Assembly: GCF_037042905.1 (NCBI RefSeq) | Contig: NC_087263.1 | Span: forward strand, 14,200,001 to 14,264,000 | Reading direction: 5' to 3' | Length of the DNA stretch: 64,000 nucleotides | Origin: Lytechinus pictus | Lineage: Eukaryota | Made by a program: the position numbers and the translations under genes | The notes under the pieces: model-generated | Told to the model about the DNA's origin: nothing | Database searches by the model: none | Seen by the model: the letters and a program-made list of their open reading frames with translations, nothing else | Shown here: positions 12,678-26,961 of the stretch, in pieces | Numbering within the stretch: position 1 is the first letter of the stretch | Layout of the letters: the number at the start of each line of letters is the position of its first letter

Positions 12678-14583
12678 GCCTGTTCATGGTTGTAAACTGC
12701 GCACGAGCAGAAAAAGGTCATTTGAGATAATGACATGCTCCAACCTTCATTCCACAATTTTTTATACTCTGAATACATCTATTCATTCTTACCCTACCCG
12801 TAACTCTGCAAATTTCCATTTAATCAACCCTAAATTGCTTATTGCGCAGAGATCCATAACACACCATGGTCCAGATTTGTGGAACTCTATACCAGATCCT
12901 GTAAAACAATCTTCGTCTCTTCACTCATTTAAGGCAAACGTTAAATCTATGTTATTATCAGAATATTTGAAGTAAAATTTCTGTGTCGTATCCTTTTTAT
13001 CGTGAATTTATTCCTCCTTCGATTTAGTCATTACCAATATCTTCATCATGACCACCATCATCTCCATGGCCTTCATCATCATCATCATCATCATCATCAA
13101 CATCATCATATCACCGTCACCCTCAGCTTTATCATCTTCATCTTCATACTATAATATTGCATGAATTCATGTTTCGTATTTGAAAATATATGCCCATTCT
13201 GCTTTATAAATGTATTAATTAAGTCAATTAGTATAAGTTTGGGATTGTCATTTTTTTCAAGCAATCTGCTTATGTTTACAATCCCTCTCCTGCAAATTGT
13301 GAATATCATATAGTTAATCATTTTTGTCTGGAATTATCTTTTTAATACTCTTTATTTATGATTCATGACAAAAATGCTAGCATATTATGTTTATTATGTT
13401 ATGAAAAATGTATTATACGAATGTTATGGATGCAGAAGAAAACAATAAATCAAATCAAATCAAATAAACCATGAAGGTGGCTTTCAAATTCACTGACATA
13501 GGCATTTGTGATTTGATGACTCATGTATTCCATTCAAAATATTCATTTGATCACATCCAAGCTGAAGAGTAATAAATAGAGCCTTCATAATCACTGGTAT
13601 TTGACAGTAGCCTAAACAGTAGTCAAATGTGCCAAAGGCAGACAATAAAACAGATTTCCAAACTTTATCCCTGATGTACTATTCTAGTCACCTGGTCTAT
13701 ACAATGCCTTTTGTTCTTAGAATTTGAATACTCTACCGGTAAAGCTTACGCAACATCTACATTTGAAAATGATAGTGCTTATCCTAATGAAAAATCACAA
13801 AGGTCATTTGAGAAAAGTTGATCATGAGCTGACCGTGAACTGGCTTATTGAAATAAGTCTAGCTATGCAAAAAAAAACCTCTCGAGCCAGTAACATCAGC
13901 CAGTGTATTATTCCCCACAGCACCCCTGAAATTCTGGAAGGTGTGACGAACTGGATAAATGTAACAAATTTTCAGGGAAAACTTTTTTTATTAATTAATT
14001 AATTTATTTATTTTTTTGTCAAATTGACATCAGCAGCACCGTCAGTCAAAAAATAAATCGTTTACAGGGCCCTGTAATTATGGCTTTGAGCATGTTGAAG
14101 GGTCTACTGTGCAAACCCTTCACTCGAGTGAAGGGTCTGAATGTGCAGCCTATAAGCCAGTTCACGGTTAGCTCATGATCAACTTTTCTCCAATGACCTT
14201 TGTGATTTTTCATTAAGATAAGCACTATCAATTTCAAATGTAGATGTTGCGTAAGCTTTACCGGGAGAGTATTCAAATTCTAAGAACAAAAGACATTGTA
14301 TAGACCAGGTGACTAGAATAGTACATCAGGGATAAAGTTTGGAAATCTGTTTTACTGTCTGCCTTTGACACATTTGACTATTGTTTAGGCTACTGTCAAA
14401 TACCAGTGATTATGAAGGCTCTATTTATTACTCTTCAGCTTGGATGTGATAAATATTTTGAAAGGAATACATGAATAATCATCAAATCACAAATGCCTAT
14501 GTCAGTGAATTTGAAAGCCACCTTCATGGTTGTCTCCAATGACCTTTTTTCTGCTCGTGCGCAGTTTACAACCGTGAACAGGC
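12678..14583. mobile_element. Foldback-type element with ~430-bp inverted arms; left arm split by a LINE 3' fragment
   Basis: Left arm 12678-12729 + 13466-13848 is the reverse complement of right arm 14152-14583, with a ~300-bp spacer. This explains the twin ORFs 13724(+) and 14276(-). Confidence 0.9.
12730..13465 (+). mobile_element. 5'-truncated LINE (L2/CR1 group) 3' end
   Basis: ORF2 C-terminal motif HSYPTR...GPDLWNSIP...SFKANVK; ends in aataaa plus a (tcaaa)n tail; possible ATAA target duplication. Confidence 0.8.
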
Positions 14584-15946
14584 CCTCTCGCTGAATTGAA
14601 ACAGCAAGTTTTGTATGTGCTAGTCTTTGCGTGGAGACACACTTGTTGATCAAAGTTTCAATCAGGGTCTGTGCCTGCAGACTAGTTGAAGGGCGAGTCT
14701 ATATAGGATTTCAATCACGGGCTCCAGCTAACTTTGTATAGATTATTCTTTTGCTTGTATGAAGTACAAAATACAAAAAGAAAGCGACGAAATTTTTTTT
14801 TCAGTGTTTACCACTGGTTGTTGAGAAAACGCTTCTGCCTTTGTCCAAAATTATTTTTTAAAGACATTCAAGCATTATTTACATGAATACAAAACTTTGT
14901 TGTTTAACAAATAAAACACGAATTATCTAAAAAATTACATCGAAATGAATGATAAATAAATATATAATAAAAATACAACGAAATGTTTTCAAATTGTATT
15001 ATTTCAGTTGTTATTCGTACCCAAGGGCGTAGGCTGGTTTGAGTACGGGAAGGTCACATCCGGGGGAGGTGGAACTAAAGTGGTATGGATGTGCACATCT
15101 TAATTGGGGGAGATGGAACCATGGGCGGAAATCCCAGGGGGGGGGGGGGCAGGGGGACGTGTCCCCCCTACTCAAAATAGTAGGGGGAGGCACAATATCA
15201 AATGTCCCCCCTACTATTTGTGGTCTTTTATGATGGTTAGAAAAACATCATTCAAAATCGAAATAAACCATGTATTTTAGGATACACGATAACCTTAATT
15301 TTGTGATGATAACCTTTTTTTTTTTTTTTTTTTTTTGCTTGTCAAATTTATTTTCGTCGAAATGACCTTAAATTGGGGGTGATAACCTTTTTTTTTTTTT
15401 TTTTTTTTTTTTGCTTTTTGTCCCCCCTACCTTTTGGGAGAGATTTCCGCCCCTTGATGGAACTAAAGTTTGGAAAAATCAGCTGTTGAAGGCATAATAA
15501 AAAAGGGGGAGGAATTTCTTTTTGCTTGCCAGTGTCGGAACTCCTCTGCCTCAACGGGACGACTCACGATAAACAGTCCCACCAACGAAACTGATTCAAA
15601 ACCAACCGATGATATGCCATTCCAAATGACCTCTTTTTTTCTATATCCCTCTCCCTTTCCTTCTTCGTATGCTTTGTTTATCGAGGAGGGGGGTGTTTAA
15701 TGAGGAAGAGATAAAATATGATTTTAAAACACAAAATGACCTTATAGCTTTGATCAGTCTCGGGAGTTGGTTGCGTAGTGTGTCTGTCCCGGTGTCTCTA
15801 GTATCAGGAATAAGAAAAGTGAATGATTTATTTTATTTGGTATTATTAGAAGATTGCACATGCCTAAAATGTTGCATTCGGAGTAAGGAATCGGGAATAG
15901 TTTGAGTATTGTTCAGAACGCGAGAGGGAGCTGTTGAAGGTGGCGT

Positions 15947-18110
15947 GTGAGGTGTAAGGAAATTTTGAGTAAAATCAAAAAATTAATTGGATGGTGGAGG
16001 CAACGAGATCTGACAATGTTTGGTAAAATTAGATTGTTAAAAATGCATGTTTTTTCAAAATTAAATTATGTTTCTTCTCTTATTTCAGTTCCTCAAAATA
16101 TCTTTAAAGAAATTGAAAAGATTTCTTTTAATTTCATTTGGGGTGGAAATGACAGAATAAAACGGAAAATTCTATATCAAGATTATTGTGCAGGGGGACT
16201 CAAAGTAACTAATTTTGAGGTTTTCATTAAAACTCAGAGAGTTATGTGGATTAAAAGGCTGCTGTACGGTGAGAAATATTTAGGTTGGAAAGTAACCTTT
16301 GACTACTTTTTTAGATCATTGGGAGGTCGGAGTATATTTCTTTGTAATTATGATGCAAACAAAATGGACTTACAAGGTATACCAATATTTTATAAAGATA
16401 TGTTGAAAGCATGGCAAGATTTGGATCAATGTAGAAACTTTGAGAAAAACAAGATCAATCCTGTGATTTTTAATAACAGATTTATATGTCTTCATAATAA
16501 ACCGTTTTTTTATGTTGAACTCTTTCAGAAAGGGATATTTCAAGCATCAGATATTATTGTAGGAGGTCAACTAAGACCAGTCTCATACTTCCATAACGGG
16601 TTACACTGCTGATAATCTGCTGATGATTCAAAGAATTTTTTCTGTGATTAAAAAAGAAAGGATACAAAGTGATTTTATAGTAAAAGATAGTGAAAATTTT
16701 CAAATAGAACTGAAGATCTTTGGTTACCTACATAAATTTATGGATTTAAAAGCCAGATATGTATATATATTACCTTATTGAGCAATTTCAAAAAGAGTAC
16801 ACATTAAAGGTTCATGATGGACATTGTGAATATGATCTTGGAATAGGAAAGTTGAAATAAACCTTTACAAGATTGAAAAATGCTTTTATATGTAGTAAAC
16901 AAAGGGAGTTTCAGTACAAACTATTACATGGGGCAGTGTATATAAAAAAGAAGCTCTTCCAATTTGGTTTTGAGTCAGACAATTTTTGTTCTTTTTGTAA
17001 CCAACAGGTCGAAACATACCAACATTTATTTTTAGATTGGAAGGAGGTCATCAAAAAGCTTCATTTAAAGGAAGTTAGGATTGATAATTGGAAAACAATT
17101 TTCATCGGTCTATCTGGTAAAGGTGTGAGAATACATGCAATAAACTGTATAATCTTTCTGCTAAAACATATAATTTTTATTTCTAGTGGAAAGGGCGAGC
17201 TACCATCCGTACAAAGAACAACAGATATGATTAAAGGTTACAGAAACGAAGAATATAATATAGCCAAGAAAACAGGGAATTTGGAAGTACACTTGGGAAC
17301 AAATTGGTGCATTTCTTTGACTTTTCATTTATCGTATTCTATTTTATTTTATTTTATTCTTTTTTTTTCAATGATACAAAGTTACAGATCGACAGACCGG
17401 AAAGGATGTGCTACCTGTTGTGTGATGTGTGTGCGTGAGGGTTTTGTGTGCGTGTGTGTTTGTGTTTTTTTTTTTTTTTTTTTTTGGGGGGGTCGTATGT
17501 TTGTGTGGTAGAGAGTGTGGGGTGCGTGGGTGAGTGAAAGATTATATATATATGTAACCTTCCTCTTAAGGATCATAGAGTTTCATGAAAAAAGTAGTTT
17601 ATTTGATTTGACATAATTTTGATATTAACATGATATAAATATTGAGGTAATTTTATTCTATATTATGTACTTTTTTTGGGGAAAAAATTATAAGAGTTTT
17701 CATATAAAAAAATATATATATATATTTTCGGGTTAAAACTTTACGTTTTGAAGAAATTGTACAGTTATATTGATTTGAGATAATTTTGATATGAATTACT
17801 ATGCTCTTATTGTATTTTTTTTTATATGAGATACTTAGTTTGTGAATAACTTGTTTTGCGATATTTGGAATTTTGTCGATTGATATGGGTTTTTTCCCCC
17901 TGCTTTCACATTGTTATAGAAGAGAAATTTGGCAGTTTAATTTCATTTGTAATCATTTAAAAAAATATTTGTAATCTCATTGATATTGATATATTTATTT
18001 GTTTGATTGTTTATTGATTGTATACATGCAAAGAATCTTTATTTATATGAATTGTGATTGTAAACTTATTTATTTGAAAGAGGAAGAAAATAAAATATTA
18101 AAAAAAAGAA
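15947..18110 (+). mobile_element. L1/Tx1-type LINE, decayed 3' part of ORF2 plus 3' UTR
   Basis: WWRQRDLTMFGKI...SKLNY...FIWGG...GGLKV post-RT region; REFQYKLLH and zinc knuckle CSFC...ETYQHLF; stops and frameshifts; A-rich end ~18090-18110. Confidence 0.85.
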
Positions 18111-19193
18111 GAAGTTCATTGCCTTTCAAAGGCCAATTCTGCATGGCCTAACATTAATTGTTGGCTATCATGTCTTTACCATTTTTTTTTCAAAATAACT
18201 AGATCAATAATTCCATATCTGGTTTCATTGACGTAGCAAGGGTTAACAAGGAATCTGTCATAGACCAGTGGCGTAATAAAGAGCAATTTTTTTATTTTTT
18301 TATTTTTTTATTTTTACTTGGGGGGGGGGGGCAAAATATGGGACGTTTAAAAGTCACAGGAGATAGAAGTGAGAAAATGTTAAACTTTAATACAAAAGGC
18401 TTATTTTGTGAGAGATTGTTAACAATTTATTAAAAAAATATAAGAGTATAATTTTCATCCTCAGTTTGGGCCCTTTTCCTTCTGTTGATTTTCCTTCATA
18501 TCTCTTTTTTTTGTGTAGAACTTTTTTTTTTTTTTTTTTTTTTGGGGGGGGGCATGGCTCATCTCCCATCTATACGCCAGAGGGAGCTAGCTGATTGGAC
18601 CGACCCTGGTCCTAATTGGCAAAAGTCAGTTGGGAATGGGGGGGGGGGGGGTACACTAGCTCAGCTGCATGGACAGTGGACATCGATCTAGTCGATCTGC
18701 AAGAATCTCGTGTCCACTAGCTCTTCAATGGCAGTGACCCCGGGTAAAGAGATGTATTAAAATATACTGGCATCCATTTGCCCCCTCCCCCGGGCTAAAG
18801 TCACAGGCAGCACTATTCATTATTGCCAACTACTAGTAACCTAATGTTTGCTCAGAATTTCCACCTCTCTACATTTTTTTTCTGCTTTAGCGCTTATTCT
18901 GTTTGTTTAAGAAATCCGGAAGAAATTGCTTTTCATAACTCATGTAAGCTTCTTGATTAAAAAAAAATATTCATCTATTTTAATTTCTTTTAAAGAAAAG
19001 TTCTCACATAGTTACAAAGAATCAACTATTGAATCTAGAAATTAAAATCACGATGCCCCTTGCCCACTTGATCCGCCAATGATCTCGGCCTAGTTACATT
19101 TTTTCCCCTTTTGGAAATTTCACTCACAACCACCATATTAGTAAGCATCTCGTGAAAAGTCTAGTAAAAAAAGTTGAGTAAAAAACAGGCGAG

Positions 19194-22100
19194 ATGACGG
19201 CATTTGTGCGGTCCCTGAATGCTCTTCGGGGAGGTATCTCTTGTAGATTCAACGCAGATATCGGTAAGATTATGAGTAGATTCACAAACTTGATTATAAG
19301 TACTAATAATTTAGAAAATGCTACCTAAATAAATGTGCACTAAAATTTAGCAGGTCATCGGCTCAGTCCCACATGTAGAGTTTCCTGTTGTATTAATACC
19401 GTATAACATCGCTTTTGACTCCTTGCGTTGGTCCACTCACACGTACCGGTACGTGGTGCGAGGTTTGTATAGCATACTAACCTCGCAATACGTATTACCG
19501 GTACGTGTTTACGCTATGGATTTAGAGTTGTCGGTTAACATCGCTTCATAACGCAAATAATGTTAGCCGAAACACATTCCGCCACTCGGTGACTCACCAG
19601 GGCTTTTTTCTGGTGAAAAGCGTTCCATGTGCATTGATGTCTTGTCTCTTGATCAGTTCACTCATTCAATGAACAAGGTTATGATAATTGGATCAGTTGA
19701 TGATTGATGATGATTTTCAATTTTACAAATTTTTTTAATGTAAAAAGCATATAAAAAAAGAGCAAAATCGCTTACCTCGGCCTGGAAAGTTGCTTCGCAT
19801 GTCTCTTAGACGGAAATAAAAGGAAGGTTGATGGTGGTGCTAATACAATTCACAACCTTGAATCTTGATTCAGCTTGTCGGTATTTTTAAAACTAGATTT
19901 TTGATTCATTGTATGCGCAATTCCAATGATTGTTTGATAAAATAGAGACACCAATAAATGCAATAACTTAAAAAACATACTTTTTATATTATTTTTGCTG
20001 ACGATAATACTTTTTGGAAAATATTCAAAACGACAAATTAAACAAAAAATATAGAAAATGCTACGTACCTTGAACGAAGCCCCGCAAGTGCTACCGTTCG
20101 TTTGTCAATTAACGTTCCACCAAAGACTTTACAGTAAAAAGATTGGACAGTTTGCCGACTTCGGTCTTCGCGTAACGCTTTGCATCGATTTACATGTAAA
20201 ATAGTTTTTGTGCCTAGTCTTTCTCTTGTAGTGTCTTTGATATAAAATAAATCGCGCGCCCTCTTTAGTTCATTAGACAAAAAATTTGGGAGATGGAAGT
20301 AGGGTCCGTATTTTGTCAACGAGAAGAAAAATCAACGCTTAAATGACGCTATTTGAGGGATATTCATCATAATTGCTCATAATTTCGATGATTCATTGAT
20401 TGTAATTAACACACTAGTAACTCACAGTCATGTGGCCATTCACTAGTGTGCTACTCTCTTGTCAATGCAAATGTCACTCACTGACACTGTCAGAAATCAT
20501 CAGCGTCCAGCGTTTAGCCATTTTCTGTAGAAATAAACGTTACACGTCTATAAAAAGTAAAAGTTACAGGTACAGCTCTCATTCAATGAACAAGGTCATG
20601 ATCACTCATTCAATAAACAAGGTTATAATTACCTTTTCACCAGATGAGGATGTAAATATAAATTTGACAAGCAAAAGAAAAAAGAAAAAAAGAAGAAGAA
20701 AATTCATCAAACAGTATGTACATGTACACAGTTCCTTTGATGAAATATGGGCACCAATCAATGAAATGGTTATGTGAAAGAAGCAGAAAAGTTATTTTGT
20801 CAGAACAGAGTTTTGCTTTCTTTTTGTTCATGCATTTACCTGAGAGAAGGGTCAATTGAAAAAAAAATCAGCCTGTCACTGCACAGCTCTGTTTTTAACA
20901 TTTCTCTTTTTCTTTTCAGGGAAATGTTCACTACTCGAGCGGTCGTCCCGAGTGCTTTCTAGTATGAATCTTAGCAACAGATATCAACATAACATCCAAC
21001 ATCGCTCTGTTTTATCCAGGTACATGTCAGGAAAACAAAGGTTATTTTATAAAACCTTACCGGTACAAGACCCCAAATAAATAAACACAATTCATTCTCT
21101 TATGTGTTGGTCCTAAAAAGGATCACCCAGGAAGACCATAAAAACCTGCACTCTTTCTATTTTGCCATGGAAACCTTCAGAAGTTAGACTAGACTAATAT
21201 AGAAATTTGTTTCCCATTTTTTCTCTAGAGTTAGCATACACACTTATTTATGAATTCAGTTAGCATGTATGTATTTAGGGCAGATTTTTTTATTTTCATA
21301 CATATCTAAACTCTGTGTATACTTTTCACCATTCAGATTTCTTCATAATTTTTTGATGTTATAATATTGGTATAATGCCAAAAAACTTTCTTTTGCAATT
21401 CATCTTAGTTTATTATTTAATATTTAATGATTGCACTATGAGCAATACTTTTGTTTACATCAACCTTGTCTAATATTTATCTTTGATTTATACTTAGGTG
21501 TATGTCAACAGAACAAAGCTCTTCTCTTAGTGTTCCTCCTCATCAGAAATCAGGTTAGCATATAAACATTCTTTCAGTAACATCAATTCAGACATGCTTT
21601 GACATATGACATCATTGTGATTTTATTGTGATACAATGAGTCATATATGAACTTTACTCTAAATCCCAGGTAAAGCTTTGATAAAGGGTCTTTCATGTGA
21701 ATAATGATGAATGCTAAAGAATCATTCATAATGCCAATCTTATAACATGTTCATGTAGCTTGTAAATCTCTTTTCAACCAATTATTCTATGTAAAAATAT
21801 ATTCAGTTCTTAGATACCTACACACACACTCTCTCTCTTGGTGATGTTTTTATGTTCTTTAAAAAAGGGTTCTTTTATCACATATCTTTTTTTTTTTTGG
21901 GGGGGGGGGGGGCAGGTGTGACCTTAGCCATTTGCTAATTTGTCTTGACTATTTATTTGAATATCCAAAAAATTGCACAGTCAAATGAACATTCAAATAG
22001 TGAAAAAGTGATATGCAATTTTGATTCTTAGTGAACTATTCAAATTGTATTACTATTTGAATAGTATTTTCATGCCAAGAGCACACACACATACATGTAT

Positions 22101-24731
22101 ATATATATATATATAATATTATGAAGTGCTTAATACAATGCCTCTAAGCGCTGCATAGTAATACCCTTCCTACTGGTTACCCATGTACTACACCTGGATT
22201 GAGAGTGGCAAATTTATATAGATCATAAACGCATGAAAAAAGAGCTGCATTATATGAATGCATGTAATATTATCATTGATATCTGTATTGAAGATGTGCT
22301 ATCAGCAGTGAGGAGCGATATCAACCAAGGAAGAATGTTTGCAATTGTCTATATATCAGGCGCCCAACACAAAGTGACGACGGGCGACCTTGTTCTCCTT
22401 CAGAACCACATCAAGGCCGACGTAGGAGATATCATCAGATTAGAAAAGGTAAGATATGGTGATTAGGAGGATGATTATTATGAGGAGGAGGGGGGGGGGT
22501 AGGGGAGGAGGGAGAGGAAGGGGGGGATAGTAGGATGATGATGATGGTGATGGCGATGAGATCATGAGAAAGTGGATGATATTGGTTATGATGATGATAA
22601 TGATGAAGGTGACGATGATGATGATGATGGTGGTTATGGTGGTGGTGATGATGATGATGGTGGTGGTTATGATGATGATGATGGTGGTGATGATGATGAT
22701 GGTGGTGATGATGATGATGATGTTGGTGATGATGATGGTGATAATGATGATGATGTTGATGGTGGTGGTGGTTATGATGATGATGATGATGGTGGTGGTG
22801 GTGATGATGATTATGATGATGATGCTGATGATGATGATGGTGGTGGTGGTGATGATGATGATGGTGATGATGATAATGATGTTGGTTATGATGATGATGA
22901 TGATGGTGGTGGTGGTTATGATAATGATGATGATGGTGATGATGATGATGATGGTGATGATGATGGTGATGATTATGATGATGACGGTGACTCAACATTT
23001 GCTCCTGTCTGAATATCTCAGAGGGCATAGGGTTACAGTTAGGATGGTAATAGAGGTTTTGGTTTAAAATAGTGTAAAGACAAGATTAGGGTTCATTTAG
23101 TTTTGGAGATTATGTGCAGATTTACCATCGGAGCAAGTGTCAGAGTAAACGTAATTGAACCAATGATGGTGGTGATAATGATGATAGTGATGGTGATGGT
23201 GATGAATATGGTCATCACAAAGTTTACAGAAATTATCAATGGTGATTATTTTCTTATTTTTGTCTTCATATTTTTTTCTTTTTCTCAGATACTTCTACTC
23301 GGAGGAGACAATTTTACTCTCATAGGCAAACCAATGCTGAGGTATGTTAATTTGTTATCAAATTCTACACCTTTTTTAATCTTCCATCAATGCAAGGAAT
23401 AATTTTCATTATATCACTGTCATATCACGATTTGCTCCACATTTTTCAAAGAGACTACTACATATAAATTATTTTGTGTAGCAGTTTTATACAGAGGACT
23501 GTATCTTAACCAATATTTTCCAATTTATCAGAGCATTAATTTCATACAAGGCATCATAATAAAGAAGAATAACTGAATGTTGTAAATGTATTATTAATTT
23601 GCCTATATGGAGAAACTTACTGGGAATCTTGTTTTCTTTTAGTACAATGTATTCTTATTCTTCCAGATGAAATAATGATATCTAAATCTTGTATAGTGCA
23701 TATCATCTACCATTAAATATCTACATGTATGCGCTTCCAAAGGGGCTTGGATGTTGTTACCCTTGCTTAAGCCCGCCTAGCCTTAACAGCACACAAGCAT
23801 TTCAAGGATAAAATCCTGCCAGGTACCCACTTACCTTACCTGGGTTGAGTGCAGCACAATTTTGATCAATTTCATGGTGAAGGAAATTCCGCCAGGGCTG
23901 GGATTTGAACCCACGACCCTCTGCTTCAAAGTCAAGTGACTAATCCACTGGACCACAACCAGCATAGGAAGTACGTGAGGGAAACGGGTGATTTTGCCCT
24001 CATCACGCCCCTGAAGTGCTCCAAGTGGAATGCTTTGGGGTGACCATCTTTTCTAGAGTAGTTCCTAGATCTGTCATAAACAACATTACCAAATATTATA
24101 AAATCAAAACGGCAGAATGATGATGTTGCATTTATCCTATAGTTCCTCATCGTGCAAAAGTTTAGACCCGTGAAATTAGAAAAAAATATCCCCTAAATTA
24201 AAGTGATCACGCCCCCCCCCAAAAAAAAAAGTCCCTTAATAGTATTTCCTACCCTGGCAAGAACTCACCGCAAATTTCATGATTTGGTGTTAAACCGAAC
24301 TTGGCGTCTCTACATTGATTTATGTTTCATTTTTTACTTGCGATTTTAGCTTGGACACAGTGCGCGTCGAAGCCACCGTGATCGAAAAGACGGTCAGCGA
24401 AAAGAAGGTCCACTTCAGGTTTAAGAGGAGAAAGAGATTTTCTAGCTACCGAGGTAAGTCAATTATAGGGGGACAATGGAAATGGAAAAAAAGTAGATTA
24501 GAGAAAAGAAAATGCTCCAGAAGTTTCATATAAAGATGAAGTTTAACCCTAAGAAGACTGAGGGGGGGGGGGCTGATTCAGACCCCCTACATTTTCCGTG
24601 ATAAATCCACTGCGCAAAATTTTGGGTCTCTTATAATGCATTTTGTGATTTTTCTATGTTCATTCCCTCCAGAGAGACAGACAGACTTGACCGTTTTGAG
24701 GATCAACAGCATCGAAGCCCAGCTGAGATGA
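19194..24731 (+). CDS. MRPL21: Mitochondrial ribosomal protein L21 (bL21m), ~198 aa
   Basis: Exons 19194-19263, 20920-21019, 21498-21553, 22294-22448, 23289-23341, 24350-24453, 24673-24731; phases are consistent (597 nt). Presequence-like MTAFVRSLNALRGG; L21 motifs GRMFAIVYISGAQHKVTTGDL, IRLEKILLLGGDNFTLIGKP, VRVEATVIEKT, FKRRKRF, LTVLRINSI. Confidence 0.93.
19458..20310. mobile_element. Second, inverted copy of the dispersed repeat at 1-719, in MRPL21 intron 1
   Basis: Three collinear shared blocks in inverted orientation (see 1-719); exact boundaries approximate. Confidence 0.55.
22530..22990. repeat. Compound (GAT/GGT)n microsatellite in MRPL21 intron 4
   Basis: Direct trinucleotide array; produces artefactual poly-His/Met/Asp ORFs. 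Confidence 0.95.
23680..23960 (-). mobile_element. tRNA-derived SINE (further copies 24803-25079, 30465-30750, partial 22115-22225)
   Basis: Minus-strand head with A/B-box-like ggtccagtgg...gggttcaaatccc; conserved core acccaggt..g(t)aaatgggtacc; AT-rich tail. Confidence 0.8.
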
Positions 24732-24802
24732 CATCCACCTACACTACAACAGACTCGTGCTCAGTCACAACAACGAAACTGACTCCACATCAATGAAACC
24801 TA

Positions 24803-25079
24803 TAATAATAATAATAGTATACAACATTTTTATAGTGCTGTAATACAAATGTTTCTAAGTACTGCATACTTGTTACCCTGGCGTTAGCATGACTACCCTG
24901 ATCAGGTGGACGAACATTCAATGAATTCCTTCCTACCGGGTGCCCATTTACTACACCTGGGTGGAGAGTGGCAAATGTAGATAAACAACTTGCGAAAGGA
25001 CGCTAGTGCTGCGGTGAGATTTGAATCCTTGACCTTGTGGTTCAAAGTCCAAAGTTTATCCGCTGAGCCACAACACCTC
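24803..25079 (-). mobile_element. tRNA-derived SINE antisense in the MRPL21 3' region
   Basis: (aat)n tail, core gggtgcccattta..cacctgggtggagag, degenerate tRNA-like head at ~25010-25079. Confidence 0.75.
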
Positions 25080-25124
25080 TATGATAGTGAGCGACTTTCT
25101 GTTGTGAAGCCGTTTTCTCTTTTA

Positions 25125-25545
25125 AAGCCGTTTGCAGCCCTTTTGAAAAATGGCTAGAAAATGGTGAATTTTTTGCATGTATTTTTTTTTCTCCTCAGGG
25201 ATGTGTACATGAAACGGCAACAAAATGGCTACAAAACAGAAAATTTGTCCATTTGCACAGTATTTATAGTTGTTTTGTAGCCTATTTGAAAAATGGCAAG
25301 AAAACGGTGAATATTGTCCATTTAATTTTTTCTCCATAGGGATGTGTATATGAAACGGTAATGAAATGGCTGCATAACAGAAAATTTTGTCCATTTTCAC
25401 AGCATTTCTAGTTGTTATGCATTTGAAAAACAGCTAGAAAACAGTGAATTTTGTCATTTTAAAGTTTTTTTTCCCTGCATGGCTGTGTGTGTGTAAAATA
25501 GCTAAAAAATGGCAAAAAAAAAGAATGTTTCCATTTTCATAATTT
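25125..25545. repeat. ~140-bp tandem repeat, about 3 diverged copies
   Basis: tttgaaaaa(tg)gc.agaaaa.ggtgaat recurs at ~25142, 25286 and 25422. Confidence 0.7.
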
Positions 25546-25571
25546 TAATCACTGTGAATGTTATTTTCAAT

Positions 25572-26008
25572 AACACTGTTCTCACTATTGTCCTAAATCT
25601 GAAACTAGTTTAACGTGTAATGAGAATGTTCAAAGTGGTCTTGGAAGCGATCTTTCAAACCGGTTCAGAAAACCACCTTGCGATGTAGTTTTGAAGATCG
25701 CTTTGCCTAGTTAAATTGGTTTGAGTGTGAGGACACAACCGTTCTTTAGGAAGCAATTTTCGCACATTTCGAGCGGGCTACTCCACACACTGTATGTGGA
25801 ATGCCTAAGCTGTGGTTTAAAATTTTGTGTGAAACATGTCACCCCACTGAGAGTGTTCCCATAGCAACAAGACTGCCTTACGTGAAGTGTTTTTGAAAAC
25901 CACTATCGGGTGATCAAATGGGAACGCTAGCAAAGCGATCTGCCAAACTGGTTTCCTGAACCAGTTTCCAGTAAACCAGTTTTACAAAGTATAATGAAAA
26001 CGGTGTCT
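25572..26008. mobile_element. MITE with short imperfect TIRs
   Basis: acactgttctcactat ... ataatgaaaacggtgt inverted termini. Confidence 0.5.
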
Positions 26009-26307
26009 TAGACATACCACCGGTTTATTTGGAGTCAGTTTTGTTGGTGTGAATGTTCCATTATGAATAACATGGGCCTCTTTAGACAAACCGCAGTGAT
26101 GGATTGTAGAGTTGAATAGTAAGATTTATTGCACACAGTGAGTGTATAGTTACGGGGGTCAAGATGTACGTAGCACAGATTGATTGTACACTGTATCTAG
26201 TGCCCAGCCCTGCCCCCCCCTTTCTCCCCTCAGAGGGTCATCTTTTCATCTTTATCACATGCACGTTACCAATTGTTTTGGGAAAGGGATATATTTTTGG
26301 GGCTTAA

Positions 26308-26961
26308 CCCTAAAAGGACTGGGCTATTTGAGATGTATTAAGGACTGGGGGATCTTGGCCGCCGTTCGCGCGATCACGCTGAAATTTGGCACGCACATTC
26401 TTTACCACATAAACTACAAGCCAGCATTAAACAAATTCCGAACATTTTTTTTCTTATTTATTAGGAATAAAATATGCAAATTTATTCATGAAAAACATTA
26501 TTTGCATATTTAGCATACAATTTCACTTCAACTATTATTTTTTTCTAGATGTCATCTTTGTAATCTTATTTAAAGGATTCCACAAAGAAAAATTGGCAAA
26601 AGTCAAAATTTACCTGATGTATTTCTTTGTTTTTAAAATTTATTTATGTATTTCCCTGTGTTTTCATCTTCTGTTTTTCATCGTTTTTTTTTCAATGGAA
26701 ATTATTACAAACCATTTAACAACTAACTGAAACCCTGAATTAATTAGGCAGACCAATTAGAATAAAAATAATCACCCTTTTCTGAATTTCATCTTCCAAT
26801 AGACTCTGTACACGAGGTATAAAAATTTGCCATTTTCGGCATGAAAGTTACGCGAGACTTCAAGGAAAAAAGACATAAATTTTGTAACGCTGTCTTTTCG
26901 CGTTCCGGAAATATCGCGCAAAGCGTTTAGGGGGGCCATCATGCCCCCAGTCCTGTTAGGG
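26308..26961. mobile_element. Non-autonomous piggyBac-like element
   Basis: TTAA|CCCTAAAAGGACTGGG ... CCCAGTCCTGTTAGGG|TTAA: CCCT termini with TTAA duplication. Confidence 0.85.

Noticed and set aside
13724..14276. Two near-identical ORFs on opposite strands suggesting a gene pair
   Set aside because: Both arise from the arms of the foldback element; TTG starts and no protein features.
15560..15946. Possible inverted 5' segment of the L1/Tx1 element, or a minus-strand exon
   Set aside because: No target duplication, homology or consistent frame to support it.
19772..19801. Minus-strand ATG...G|GTAAG mini exon suggesting a gene antisense to MRPL21
   Set aside because: Lies within a dispersed repeat; no downstream exons could be linked.
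22435..23067. Poly-His, poly-Met and poly-Asp ORFs
   Set aside because: Translations of an intronic (GAT/GGT)n microsatellite.
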